DNA from: Nymphaea colorata
Taxonomy: Eukaryota
Reading direction: 5' to 3'
Assembly (NCBI RefSeq): GCF_008831285.2
Contig: NC_045138.2
Coordinates: 35,464,001 to 35,528,000 of the forward strand
DNA: 64,000 nt
In this document: positions 23,235-37,552 of the stretch, piece by piece
Layout of the letters: the number at the start of each line of letters is the position of its first letter
Position numbering within the stretch: position 1 is the stretch's first letter
Position numbers and translations under genes: made by a program
The notes under the pieces: generated by a model
The model's input: the letters and a program-made list of their open reading frames with translations, nothing else
What the model was told of the DNA's origin: nothing
Database searches by the model: none

Positions 23235-26200
23235 CTAATCTATGATTTCTCCCTCCTCTTGATCCTCAATAATATCAGAAATCTTCTGTTCTTCCTTGAT
23301 CACAGCCACAGTAGCATCCAACCCATCGTCTTGGGGACCAACATTACCAACCCCATCATTTTCATCATCATCGTCATTATCATCATCATAACCACCAATG
23401 CGAACATTTGCCAAAGCTATCGATTCTGTAGGCGTCGAACTGCTCTGACAATCTCTTGCAGTAACCAAGGGTAACCGCAGATGCATCTCTGGGCAATGCT
23501 CAAAAAAAGAGTTAATCCTCATAAACCTGAAAACTTGCAGCAAGCGAGACTTGTCTCTTTCCATATCTGTACTCAACAACTTTTGCAGGAGGGTTGGTTT
23601 TCTACTGTTCAACACCGACCGTGGGGAGGTCTTATCATCTAAACTTTCAAGTTGTTTGCCATCTCCACGCAATTCAGTATTCCTGCCATACTTGTTTTTG
23701 AATGAACCCCTGCCAAATTTATTCTTATGCCCTCTTGCACAGTTTTTTTGAGAATCAGATAAATATCCTGGAGGTATCTCAGCGACCTCCACTCCCAACT
23801 CTGCCTGTTTAGCTAGGATCTCCTTGAGTTGCTGAAAGCAGAAAGCAAGACTAATGAGTAATAAGTCGCGAATGAAGCTTGGGGGAAGATCCATGCACCA
23901 GATATACAGCACATGCGAGGCCAACAGCAGTCACGCCTTGCCAAACAGCATTCATATGTAGGTCACACCCCAAAAAAAAAAAAAATCTATGCTACTAAAA
24001 GTGTGCCCCAAATGGTTGGCAAGACATAGTTCTGTCGAGTAAGAAAGTATCAACTGCTTGTACCTGGCGACGTCGTATCTTGGCATTTGCATCAATAGAT
24101 TTGCCATCTTTCTGCATCTCCAACAGCATCTTTGCCTATCAAGAAAATTTTTGTAATAACAATTATCCATACCTTCTTTTTCTTGAAACATTGTTTCTGC
24201 TGCTAAAACTGCTACTATATTACTATTAGTGATAGTAGTAGCAGTAGCCACTGGTGGAGCTATGTGTGGGCCATGGACCTGCAAGTTCTAAATGGAAAAT
24301 GGACATGGGTCCAGGGTCCAGCCATATGAGCTGCTGCCCCTGGATCCAGGTGTGCCCCTTGGGCAGAATTCTCTGGCTCTGCCACTGGTATTAGTAGTAG
24401 TACAAATAACAATGAAAACAATACTAAAATTATGGTGCTACTATAATAATATTGACATTGTCTGACCTTTTTCTCAATGTTTGCAGTAGTTGGATAGTTT
24501 CTTTTTCGTTCTTCTTGCCATTGCAGAATTTCTTCCTCTGTGTATGTCAAGTGGATGGACCTTCACAAGAACATCAACAAATGTAAGGAATAAGGAACTT
24601 CAAGGTTAATACAAATACAATCCTTCTGGGCAAGTTATAAGACCAGCCTAACAAGTTTTTCACACTTGTTATGGACCTCATGAGGAATACTGAGATTGAC
24701 TCTCATTGGGAAAGAAAAGAGAGGGACAGAGACACAGAGAGAGAGAGAGAGAGATCCACAAGTGCATCATGAATGTTAAGAGTTTTCTCTGATATGTCAC
24801 CACCATTTAATCCATCAAGTATTGCTGCTTGATCACCATTTTAGAGAAAATCAAGCAAATTTGCCAGAACAAAATTCACTGTATAGGATACCATCACAAC
24901 AGACTTATCTAAATGAAAGCACTACCAATATACTTCAGAGGTAAGCCACCAGCCAAAAGATGTAAAGTACTACAATAGCAGGTTCATCTAAGTTCAACAC
25001 AATCAATTGCATTTCCCCTTCCCCAGCCATCAACCACAAGACGGAAAACACACATTTAAGAACTAGATGAGGCCACCATTATTTCACTTTATTCGTTGAA
25101 TGATGAAATCACAAGGAGAACAACAAAGAACAAGAAGAGTGAGATTAAGAAACTCAAGAGGTCTTAATGGACTAAAGCCTCATCAATAATGGGGGATCTG
25201 CGTACCACAGGCCTCTATTATTTATTTAAACCCATCAAACATGATCAGAGAAGAACTCCCAACAGATTATGAAGATAATATTAATCTAACTACATACAGA
25301 TCTTAGTGAATTTCTGTGGAAGCTAGTTCATTCAAATTTCGATGTGATTCTGAAATCCTTAAGGATTAACAGCAAAATGCACTGAATCTTGATTAAGCAC
25401 GTAATAGCAGGTTCAGGTCTAATACTCTTTAACGATGAAATACTCGAAGACAAAGTCACAAATAAAGTTATTGAGTTCCCCTTGGCATGATTTCCTGAGA
25501 TACTTTTCAGTAGAGTTATTTTCCATAGGACAATCTTAGGAAAATCGAACAAGATTTAAAAATATATAAAAACATAAAAAAATATGAAAATTGAAATTTA
25601 AAGATCTATATTAATCCAAGATCATAATGAACAAATATTCAAATAGCTTTTAAGTTTTTAAAGTAAAGTAGTAAACAAAAAATAGAAACATGCACAAACA
25701 ATATTTAATATTTACAAATGATTTTTTAATATAAAAGGAAAAATATTGCAATAATAACAAACTCATGTGAAATACTTTTTTGGAAGTATTTTGGAAAAAT
25801 TATGAGGTTTTCCGTTTGGAAACGCTTGTTAGTTTGGCTATAAAAACACAATATTGTCAAAATATCGCCTCTATTTGTGACTATGCGTTAAAGATAAGAT
25901 GCTGCAACATTATGGAGAAGAATTCTGTCATGAAAGTACTCAGTGTACTAGAATGAAATATATGAACATTTTTTACCAAGAAGGCTGAATTATTCTACAT
26001 TTTAATATTCCTCTTTAAACAAAAAAAAAAAAAAAAAACCTTCAATTTTTAATAAGACAGCCATGAATTCGATTCTGTGCCAGCTATCAAGTCATACTTC
26101 ACCAATATGTCAAATCGTCTCCAGATGATGAATATGCTCTCTAGAGAAGGACACAAATAGGAAAAATAACTAGGAAGGAACGAATGGAAGATGGACTAGC

Positions 26201-28463
26201 AAAGATACAACCTTTTACGCTTTTGATCTTCTTGACCTTTGGAATTTAAGAATGTGTTGTTTCTCACACCTTTCTTGACTTGACCTGATATCAGCAGATC
26301 AAAGCACAAAAAGAAGAATTACATGTATGCCTATTTGATATACAAATGCCTGTTCTGTATTGAAGGGAAAAAAAATAGATATGACTCAAAAAAAGATAGT
26401 ACATTAGTTACGGATGACCCAAATAAGACATCAAAGCAAAAGAAAGCAATCCTTTTATTTCCAGATATGTAGGAGGAGCTTCTCTTGGTAAATTTTTATG
26501 TGCTCAATGCGTAATTGATCTAAGAAGGGGGATCCTAGAAGGACAAACTACAAAGTAGCAGATGGAGATTAAAATATACATAGTATTTCAATCTCTAAAA
26601 AGAAGATCAACAACTCAAGTAAAGACCAGGTATGAACAGGCTAAATAGCAAAAGGACAAAATGAGGAGACACTACGCCCAAGAAGGCAATTATTTAGGTT
26701 TCTAACACAAACATTACGCAGTGCTTCCTGCGACTAGAAGCCTTAAGGAATATAAGCAGCGGCAGTGACAACAAATGGGTCATCTTGATATGTAAATAAG
26801 TGAAACAGAAAAACATCAAAGCTATCCAAGATGAAGTTGCCAGAAACAACTAGCCGTGCAATGACCAGAAAAACAATATTTACTTTACCAGTTCTAATCA
26901 TGAATTTGTCATTTCTCTGCCCCAGGTGGTTGGTAGAAGGCTTATGAAATCTGGAAACAGCACGTTTAAATTGAAAACGTCTCAAGCTTATTCAAAATGT
27001 AGATGATCAAATTTTAAAAAAACAAATGTTAATATTCATCGGGTGCACCTTGAATTCTTCAACTCTTTTCCGTGTGAACCATGATAACCTCTTCTTGAAC
27101 TAATACCACCAGTCTTTACCTGACCGCCATGAGAATGGATACTTAGGCTATCACTTTCATTTCTCTTAACCTGAAATACTAGTAGGTCAAACCCATGAAT
27201 GACAAGCAAACACAATAACCAATAATTCTCTATTGAGATTTGAAAGTATCAGGCACGTCTGGTAAATAGCGTTCTCCTTCCCGCATGCTACTACAAACTC
27301 CATTCGATATGACAAATAAAAAGGATATCCTTTTCACCTTCAACATTTGTTCCTTCTGTTGCATCCCTTGAAGAGATTGACCTTGCAGAGGAAAAACCCC
27401 GGAAGTTAGATTTGGAGCAGCAGCAGGTGCAAGGTGACTACCATTTTGATTCATGGTCAAGACAGGAAGTCCAAGAGAATTTCCCTGACTTGTATGAGAA
27501 TTTCCGGCAACATAACTTGAATTTTGACGAGCCGCAGGATGTGACTGTGCAGTTGAGCAGCTACCGTGGCCATTAACCGCAGGTGGAGGACTAACATGCA
27601 TAAGGTGCTAATGGATTTTAAAAACCAAAAAATAAAACAAAATTGAAGGTCAAATTTCAGACAGCACATATAGCCAATGTTATAACTGAAGGAGAAACAC
27701 GGCCTTTACCTGTTGAAATCCGTCTGTACTCCAGCTTGGCTGGCTATGATGCATCCCAGTTGTCACTTGGTCTGGTCGAGGTAAGCCTCCGACAGGTACT
27801 TGCTGAGCAAGTACCTGTGCTAAGTGCATCATATTCTGATTCAGTAATTGGGCTATGAAATTGCATTGATTCTGCAGTTGCATATTACTAGGCACAACAG
27901 CAGCATTACAGTTCAGAGCAGAATTGCCGGGACGCATTCGACAGTCGCCGATAACGAATCCGGGGTTCAGAAAACCACCTGGTTGAGCAACTTGACTGGG
28001 AGCGCATGAATGACCATGAATCATAGGCGGAGTCATCATATGAGAAGCCGATGAAGGAACAGTAGGGCGTTCATTAGAATGCACGACACCTTGAGGCTGA
28101 TTCAAAGACAGCGGCTGATTCTGACAAATGAGTTGACAATCTAGTGCTTGAAAACTCAATGGGTTGCCAAGCAAACTCGGGATGTTTGCATTACGATTAT
28201 CAAACGCCACCACCGGAGCTGCGAGTTGGCTGCCCACGTATGGAGCGACCAGCACATTTTGGGGGACCAGTGGATTGTTTGGCACAGGAAACGGATATTG
28301 AGGCATCTGTTGGGTGAAATTGTTGCTCAAATTAGAAAGATTATTAAGTTGATGGTTTGCCCCAGGAAGAGCATTCACCGTTCCCTGCTACCCATAAAAC
28401 AACGAGAACCAAATGCAAGCTTATCAAAATAAAATACATATACATAACGAGGGCACAAAAGGT

Positions 28464-28504
<41 letters not shown>

Positions 28505-28590
28505 AAGAAGGAGAAGAAGAAGAAACAAAAGACACAAGATACCTGGCCTTGATTCTGGCTGCGGTAAGGCGGAGGTAGAACCGGAAACAT
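23235..28590 (-). CDS. NUFIP: NUFIP-like box C/D snoRNP assembly factor (NUFIP1/Rsa1 domain), about 670 aa
   Basis: Exons 28590-28543, 28384-27710, 27607-27338, 27170-27049, 26950-26889, 26284-26212, 24560-24467, 24135-24064, 23831-23235 (2013 nt in frame). Conserved LTYTEEEILQWQEERKRNYPT, RRRQQLKEILAKQAELGVEVAEIP and TLLQKLLSTDMERDKSRLLQVFRFM. N-terminal exons less certain. Confidence 0.85.
24249..24387. mobile_element. Small MITE (CAGTGGCGGAGC-type termini) in NUFIP intron 7
   Basis: Ends cactggtggagcta...tggctctgccactg (imperfect inverted repeat); GC-rich island in an AT-rich intron; flanking 8-mers only 5/8 similar. Confidence 0.55.
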
Positions 28591-30961
28591 TGTGAAGAGA
28601 CAGATAGAGATGATGAAGAAGAAGTTGTTAAAGCCAAACCTTCTCACCGGAGACGAAGGCCTGGAGGGAGGGGAAAGAAGGAGAGACACCCGGCCAAAAA
28701 GAGGAGGCGCGGGGACGGGGACTCAGGAACAAGGCAAGAGCCACGGCGCCAGGGAAGTAAACTCCGCAGCAAAGCAGAGGGAAGTCGAGTCATAAGCATA
28801 TCGAATTCGGGTCAAGACCAAATCTGGATCGGGTGGGGTCATTTGCCGATGGGTGCGGACCAACTTTGGCACGTTGCGTGAATGAACGCTAACCGGGTGT
28901 CCGCACCCAAGTTGTAAAAGGGACGCCCGGTGGTCTACCGAACTGGGTTGAAAGACCAATGGCGTTCACCGGCGTGAAGGCAACCCGGAGGTACAAGAAG
29001 GGTCTGGATCTCTGCCTGCCGGCCGCGCGGGTGGTTCCTGCCCCTTGACCGCCCGCTGCTTCTTTTCCACTACCACTTCCCTTTCCTCTACTAGTAACTC
29101 TAACCACTTGGGGGCTGGGCTGTTTGGGCAACATCTTACGCATTCTGGTTGATGATAAAACTGAGTGCTTGCAAAGACACCTAAAAAACCCATTTCCCAC
29201 TCATTTGTGTCATCTAAACAAGGACCAGGTTTCAAAAAGTTAATTTTAAAAGCCGGTTAAAAAATCTGATTCTGATAAAACTTTAGATTAAAAAAACCAA
29301 CCTTTTTAAGGGTATCATCCGAGCACAACCTCAATTTTATAAAACTTATTTTTTAATCATCAACTGTGTGGACAAATGTAGCGCGTCCCGCCAGAGATGC
29401 TTTGTCGCTCTTAACATAACATCCCACAATTTAGCTCCCTACCCTTCATGAAGTCTGAAGCATGACTGCATCAAACAGTTAAGGTCCACTATACTGCCAA
29501 CCCAGAGGCTAGTTTTGGCTTACCCTTATCCTTGAGCATAAGGGACAGGGAAACACCCTTTCCTCGTTTCCAAGAAGTACCCTGCAGACTAAAAATGGCG
29601 AAACCACCGGCCAGCCTGTAGTGCTCAAGGAAGTACCTTTCCCCAAAAAATACTCTGCAGACAAATATGGAAAAACCCTCATACCGAACCAGCGGCCAGC
29701 AAGTAATGCTCAATACTGTTGAGGAGAGGTTAAGCTCCCAGAGAAGGAACGAGGATCAGGTGAGGTCTAAGTCTTTGCTGGTAAACTGAATAAAGATCTA
29801 CAGACATCTCGTTTCCTCAAATGAACGGAACCAGCTGACAACCCGTTAGCTTTGTTTCAAACAATTCATCATTAATTGCTCAATGTCTCTTGCAGCCGTT
29901 TGGCAATATATAGTATATATGATTTCATGTATCAGCCTCAAAAATTAGAGAAGATCCATATAATACTTTATATTATATTGTCAAATGATCTCCATGATTC
30001 TGAAAGCTGTTCCGAAAGTTTGGAGGTTGGCTGCTGTTCATCTAAGCAAGATGAACGACATCCATGAGACCGCTTACCCATTCCCCTACAATTTGTATTC
30101 ATCCCAGTAGTTACAGTCGCTCACGTAGGTGACCCATACAAAACTTTAAAAGCCTTAAGAAATTTTTGCATTGAATGCTGAGAGAAGCTTCTCCATGAAA
30201 CTTAGTTGGCCTTTTTCAAACCGGATCGTCCGCGGAGCTATTTCTTGTGTGGGAGTCTCCAACACCCCTGCAACAACACTCCGTCCGAGGATCTTAACAA
30301 CCCGGACGTTTTAGCACCCACGAACATATGTCAAAGAATGGGGAAGTTTTTTTCCCAACGGAACTTGAAAAACCATCTCCAAAAGGCACTGATAACGTTT
30401 GCTACCAAACATGGTGATGCCATTGACTCCCATCAGACATACGGCCACCATGCGCTATTAGCTTCTGGCTAACGACCACAAGGCCTTCTGCTTTTCCCTT
30501 CCCCTATCAGAAAGGAAAAAAGTGACAAAAACATGCATCGAGAAAACTCCTGACGATCATTTTAACAACTAACCAGATTATGGTAGAAAAAAAAATGAAT
30601 TTACTTTGCCAGCTTGAAAGATTTTGAAACTGAAGCAAGGAGAACTTTCACAGATACCCCATGCCACTTCATGCAGGTAAATGCATTCTGTTTCAGGGAT
30701 GTGCGACAGACAAAGTTCTTACTTTGATTTATACTACCCTCAAAGAATATCGTTCAAAGGCACAAAGCTGGACCCTAGGAACCAAATATGGCATGAAAGC
30801 TAATTGGCAAAATTAATATACAACAAGCACGCCACGAAACAAATGCAAATACAGACGCACTCGACAAGCCTGATTTCCCATACGGGAGTACAACGCTACG
30901 AACCAATCCAGTTGATCCACAGCAGCAGGTATAGAAGCAAAGCATTGGTCAGTTCATCATC

Positions 30962-33900
30962 CTAAGCAAATGGATTGCCACCGAGAGGAGCAACAGGACC
31001 TTGGGTCGGCAAGTTTCTGCAAATTCAATAAACCCTAATATCAGAGAAATGAATTTCAGAAAAATAAGAATGGAAGAAAGGAATTATCAAGCAGCACAAC
31101 GTGTCCAAAATTTTTCCCTTTGATACACTAAACAAACAAATAGATCAAGTTCCCGCCATTGAAACAACAAGCAAATGTAAGGGCATTATCACCATTCACC
31201 AACACCATCATGAAATATTATTGTACTTACAGAAGTTGCGAAGGTGGTGCTTGACCGCCAATAAAGGTTGTGCTTCCTGCAGAATCCACATAAATGTTTA
31301 AGTGATACAGCCTTCAAGGCAACTCAATTTTTCATTCAAAGGTGCAAATTACCTTGGGATGCAGGAGGCATACAAGGCGGGACCGAGCCTGGAGGAAACC
31401 ATGAAGGATTCAACCCACTCACGAAATTATTTGGTAATTGTGGATTTGGCAGGGCTGCTTGTAGAGATCCCATGTCTAAGAACTGCAATCAGGAGGAAAA
31501 AGGCATTACTCTTACAAATAGCTCACATAGCTAGTAGCTACACGTCTCAACAAAGGCTTGTCCTGATAACCACAAAAAGCACTTCCTCAGAATATGACAT
31601 AACTAGTCCAAAGAAGGCTTATGACAAACTTTTGACACAAACTTCAACAGGAAAAAACTTGATTTAACCATGATTTGGTTACCACCGGGTTTAGAATGTA
31701 GGGACCACCTAAACCGGAAGGACCAACTAGATATAATTGTCACCCAAATATTAACTTGCTCCAAGATAAGATAGAAACTAGAAAGTAATTGACAATAACT
31801 TCATCAAGAGCACCTCGTCGCAGAACTGTAACAATAGCAATGGACAGAGAACCCTGTAATCCAATGCTAAATTACTAATAGCATATGCAACAATTTCATA
31901 AGGTTATTCAATTCTCACAAGCTAATTTTGCCAACATAAGAGTTTCCCAGCTGAAACTACTTTATTTTTTCCAATGGTAAAAGAAAACAAAAAATTAGAA
32001 AAGCAGGTAAATTCCCTGATGCCATATAGGACAAGAAGAAGCAAAGGAGTGATCCCCAAGACATTTTAAAAGGAGTGTTTCCCAACTCTATTTAAAAGAG
32101 ACAAAGAAGAAACATGCCTAAAGCTGCCTACCATAAGTTTAACCTAGAGTTGGCTAAAATCGGTAATCCAGTCTAATTTGTTACTTTAAACTTATCAAAT
32201 TTCTCCAAGACAAGGTGCTACTTGCTAGGTCATACCACATTGTTCTCTCCCCCATCAGAATCATAAGGAAGATCAAATGGGTTTGTGGATTTCACGCTCT
32301 TGAAATCTGATGATTCATCTCCCTGTTCAAGAAAGGTTGGCATTAGATAATGGATGATACAGGTAGTTGCATAATGCAGAAGAGTGGGGATATTATAAAG
32401 AAAAAGAGAAACATACCATGAAAGGAGTTCCGGACAACGGAAATGATGATGCTGATACCACACTATTATTTGTGAAACTATTTACAGAAGGTCCATCTTT
32501 CATAAGTGAACTTTGGTATCTTGTGGTTGTTAATTCCTGTAAAATTTGTGGCATCAATACTAATGTACCAAACACTGTTCAAGCATATTAAATAAAAAGG
32601 TAATTGACAATGCACACCTCAATGGATATAGAATTCCATAACTGATTGGCAGTTGCAGTAGGCAAAACAGTATGAACTGCAGGTTCACCTTGTGTAACTG
32701 AACCTCCCGAGGGGACTGGTAGATTGCCACCACTAGCAGCATCAAATGCGTTCCACTGCCCCCAAAAAAAAATAAATATATAAATAAATAAAAATATCAG
32801 TTAATATTGGTACCAAGCCACTTATAAAGAAAATCTTCAACTGAAATAGCCAAATAGGTACTATTGTATTCTACCATGGGAATAGGGTAAGCTGTTGGGA
32901 AAGCAAAACGTTAGTGAAAATTCTTGATCCCATGAAATCGAATTCAAGATAGTTTCTTACTTGGGACCCTGAAGGACCATTAGAACTTGGATCAGATGGC
33001 AGATGTGTCCTGTCATTTTCAGATGAAAAGGCTTCAAACTGTTGCTGTAACGTTACCTCCCTGGATGTCATGACTATGGATATGCTTTTCATTTCAGGTG
33101 CCAGTGGCAGCTGCTGTGGGGAATCAAACGTAGCCCATCCTTCACTGTCTGTGAAAGAAGTAGAAGGTAGTTTCTGCTGTGAGCAGATAGAAGATAACTT
33201 CGGTTGCATGACATTACCAAATAGATCAGTAGATGGGGCAGGAGACAGCTGTTGCTGGTTGACATTCGCGAAAAGATCTATTGATGGCATAACAGCTGAA
33301 CTCTGCTGCTGAGAAACATCAGCAAATAGATCAACTGAAGTAGCAGAATTTGTTGAAGGGAAATCAAATGGGTTCTGACTTGCAGAACTTGATGGAACAG
33401 TCTGTGAAAAGGTTGGGTTGAAAGATGGCCTATTCTGTTGAGGCCCAGGAACCGGCCCACTGTCAAAGTTTATATCTATTAAGCTGGATGAAACAACAGG
33501 CTTCAAGGACATTGAGTTGCTGTCAATAGAACCAAAACTGCCAGTAGACATAGTTTTCTGCAAAAAGACAACAGAATTATTCAGGATACAAGCAAAAAAT
33601 TATAGAATAATCACCAGAAGCTAATGTTTCTCCAGGTAATATAGATGGACTCAGTACAGAGTTCAACCTGTGGACGAGTTACATCACCAGCCGCCCTCCT
33701 GGAATTATCCTCAGAAGATCTGGATGCTGTTGGCAAGTTCCTATCGTCAGCCAATATGTCTCTAACAGCACGCACAGGAGGACTGTTGAATCCAGTTTCC
33801 TTCTGAAAATTAGGTGATTGGACATCAGACCTTCGGTGACCATGGCTAGAGCCTGAGTAATCCACAGGATTCACACCAAGGCCTTCATTGGCAAACCTGT

Positions 33901-36681
33901 CCTCGTACATGACATGGTCACTCAGTCGGCCTGGGCTGTATATAAAGCTAGAGATTTTCCCCTCATATTGTACACGGTCTGAGCCAGGCTTCCTGCTGAG
34001 CATTGCAGGTTGCTTCCCATAACGGCGCTCTTCATATTCATGTTCATATGGTGGACTTTGGGAATAAGAATGATAAGAGCTAGCTCGCCTATTGTCAACA
34101 TCATTATTCCGTTGGCTCTGTAGGAAATGCAAGCCACAGGGTATAGAAATGTGAATTCACAACTACGGGTAAACATGCATCACAATATATATATATATAT
34201 ATATATATACAGACACACGCACAAGTGCTCAAGATGAAACATGTTCAGATGATTGGCATAAGAACTAGTTACCACAGTATCCCTTGGAGGCTTGTCAGAT
34301 GTTCTTGATCCAGCAAACTTCTTATCCACATACACATTCTTTATAAATTCCCTGATTCTATCAACATTACTGCATGTAGACAACAACTGCAAACTATCAG
34401 ATTGCATATCCTCCTCCTCCTCAGAGGACAGAAAAAAGGGAAAGGAACCATATTACCTGATCGAAGGAAAACCAAGCCTCTGTGTGTCCCAATCCTTCAA
34501 ATAAATTTCACGAGCACGCTAGCAAATCAAATAATTTACTGATCAAAAAGAAGGATACTGAACTTACAGAAAATTCTTAACCATTCACCTGATTGCCAAT
34601 CCAAAAAAGCAAAACTAATCACCTGATTGCCACCTCTCTGAAGGGCTTCAACTTCCTGGGAGGTGAACTTTGCCATGGACACTGACTTTACGCGATGTGT
34701 AAATTCACGGCTACATGTTTCCACGAAATTAGATGTGAAAGAAAGAATTTGAGATCAACCAAACAATAAGATAGAAAACTATCAAGCCACTGGGATAAAT
34801 CTTGCTGTAATAAATACTCAGAAAATAAAATAATGGATGCAAATGTAGGTTCTAACTTCTAACACACACTTGTAAGGCATCCAATGCACAAACAAAACTC
34901 TATTTGTACATGAACATGCATATGCATAACATGTGTGTGTTTCAGTGATGGAATGAAATCCTTTACCCATGCAGCACCTTAATGCAATCTAATGGATCTC
35001 AAAGAGAAGTGCAAATAACTCATTCAGAGCAAACTTTGGGCATAAACTTTTAAAAGAACTTGCAACTAACTTCCCTAGTGACAACTCAAAAAAGAAAGCT
35101 TACTGTATTCCGCTGCATGTTGTACAAACAAATGTCCAAAAATTTGTACAAACATATTGTGGCCCCTGCATATGAAATTAGGAACACCTTCAATTAAATT
35201 AAGAAATTGAGTGGTCTTCCAAAATTAGAGAATTAAACTCATAGGCGCCCAACATAAATAATGCAGGAAACATTCACCGCAACAGAAGCCAGTCGTAAAG
35301 CTCAAATATTTTTTGACAAAAGATTAAAGCAAACAGGGGATTATATAAAATCAAAGTTACCATTCATTGTAAAAAGGAATAGGACATATGAAATGAACAC
35401 AGAACGCATAAACAAGCAATATAGATCACACCATGCAGAAAACAGGTGATGCATTAAATGTCAAATTATTTTCATGATGGCCATCTTTGCATACACAAAC
35501 AATCAAAAAAAGTGCCAATATCTATTCCTGTGATATTAATACCACTTCATGTAAGACAACATGATACAAATTATCAAGCACAAATACTAATCCCACCAGG
35601 TAAATGTTTGAAAAGTGACCTTGGTGTTCTAAACCACAAAGTAGTTACTTCTAATAATTTATTCACATGCTTTCAGTTTAACTGCTCTTAATTAGAGGAT
35701 CTTGGTGTATGAATGTGTGCATGTGCATGTTCAATATACTTTTATTGAAAAAATTGTAAAGGAAGTTACAACCCACATGGATATTATATCATCCATTCCA
35801 ACCATAAACACAGAGTTGGATCACATATAAATAACGCATATACAGGGTTGGCAAAATTGCTATGAAATATCATCCTGCCTCAAATGCAACACGCCAACAC
35901 CTAACAGGTGTTGTCTAACTCAGGAATAAATAAGAGGAAAGTTCAAAAAGCTTTAGTGTTCCACAGCCTTTTTACCAATCACAAACTCCTAAAAATTACT
36001 TTCACACTAGCCAGAAGGAGAAGCAAGATAAGAACACAGCATGCTTTCCGCTGGCTTCTGGTTGCACCACATCTCACCACTCTAATGTAATTGCCTTTAT
36101 ATTTTGCATCACAAATTCCAATTTATACGTCTAATGTCAGAAAGTCAATTTGCTGGTAAAATAAGTGGATTCTTGTCAATATTCATCGATTCGTCAAAGA
36201 AAAGTTCAATTTTACTCAGTTGGAAGCCCTAAGAAGGAACACTACTTACATACTGACAGAGATAGTTGAATAGATGCATTTAGGCAAACGAAACAGGAAG
36301 TACTGTGCGTTATCTGGACAAGAATGGGATGCCAGAGACTATCAGAGTTTTTCTGGACATCGGGACACGTCCATGGACGCCCAATCCCCACACAGGAAGA
36401 AAAAAATTTAGGAGATCCAGGAGAATAGCAGCTGACTTTTCAGGACACCAACGCCCACAACCAAATATCCACAAGTAATAGTAAAAACACTTCCAAAATA
36501 TTCTTTGGACGAAACAATTGCTGGATGATCGACAATAAATAGTAACATAAACCATGGAGAGATGCAGAGAACAGAAGCAGCTTACCAGGCTATTGCAATT
36601 GATGCATCGCCTGTTAGGAGGAAGCTTCATAAGACCTCGTATAATCTTCTCATTCCTTTCTTCCTCCTTTCTGCTACTCAT
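30962..36681 (-). CDS. AGD14: ADP-ribosylation factor GTPase-activating protein, AGD14/AGFG-like, about 675 aa, 13 coding exons
   Basis: Exons 36681-36586, 35165-35104, 34710-34623, 34518-34457, 34369-34273, 34117-33668, 33557-32961, 32755-32618, 32536-32417, 32322-32236, 31482-31353, 31276-31231, 31016-30962. ArfGAP zinc finger CINC-X16-CTTCSGIHR, then HRVKSVSMAKFT, SYSQSPPYE, STNPFDLP, FLDMGSLQAALP, and C-terminal GGNPFA*. Confidence 0.92.
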
Positions 36682-37416
36682 CTTTCAATATGTGGGTAAA
36701 AACTGCAAGGGAAGCCAGCGAAATCCTCCTTAAAGACAATAAAATTCGAGAAACGTTTACATGCCCATTGCTTTCCTTCTAAAAACCGCATCAAGGAAGC
36801 ACAAAAACGGAATGCATGACACGCAAACACCCGAAATGACAAGGAAGTCGCAGGAAAGGGCGCCCAAATGTTTGGCAAGAATAATAGAGGTACGGGGTAT
36901 TCAACCTTCTACAAGGATCCTTCTCCATTACAGAAAAAAAAGGACAGCAAGGGAAAAGAAATATCGAGTCAAGAAGCGAAACAAAGAGAAACGAGAATAT
37001 AAAAAATATTCTGGATTGGGTAATAGAACATCATCAACACCTCTAAAATCATTCCCCAGTGATCTCTTCCCTTACGCAGTAGAGCATGATCTCTCTACCA
37101 ACAGACAGACGTTGAACCTAATCAACAAACACTGCAGATACTTGCTAACCATTCTTCTTCTCCTCCCAAAACCGCACTAGGGTTTCCTCGTCTCCTATCA
37201 CAGTCTAAAGCAAGAAAGGGAAACCTCGTCAAGATCCTTCCTCCCAGTATCGGCCGTCCGCAAGAGGAAAGGGAAAATAAATAACGGGAAAAGAATCAGG
37301 CTTCCCTTTCTTTTCTTCCTCTTCCGCTTCACGGTACAAGCCTCCAAAACAATCCATTTCAGCGACACAAGAAGAAATCAAAGAAAAACACAAACAGGAA
37401 ATGGAAAACGAAGTAC

Positions 37417-37552
37417 CTCAACTAAACCAGCTCAGCACCTCGGCGGACGGGTAGCGAGAGACGTCGAAAGCCCTGTTTGCCACACCCTCACTTGGTCCGG
37501 GAAAAGAGAGAGACAGTGAGAGAGAGAGAGAGAGAGAATTGGATCTTATATA
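37417..37552 (-). promoter_or_regulatory. Probable TATA box and non-coding first exon of the ArfGAP gene
   Basis: CTATATAAG (minus) at about 37545-37553, followed by a (CT)n leader and a GAG/GTAC donor at 37417/37416, implying a 5' UTR intron. Confidence 0.5.

Noticed and set aside
25470..25912. Possible additional hAT-like element in a NUFIP intron
   Set aside because: One end (...gcaacatta) resembles the CAATGTTG family, but no matching other terminus or TSD could be identified.
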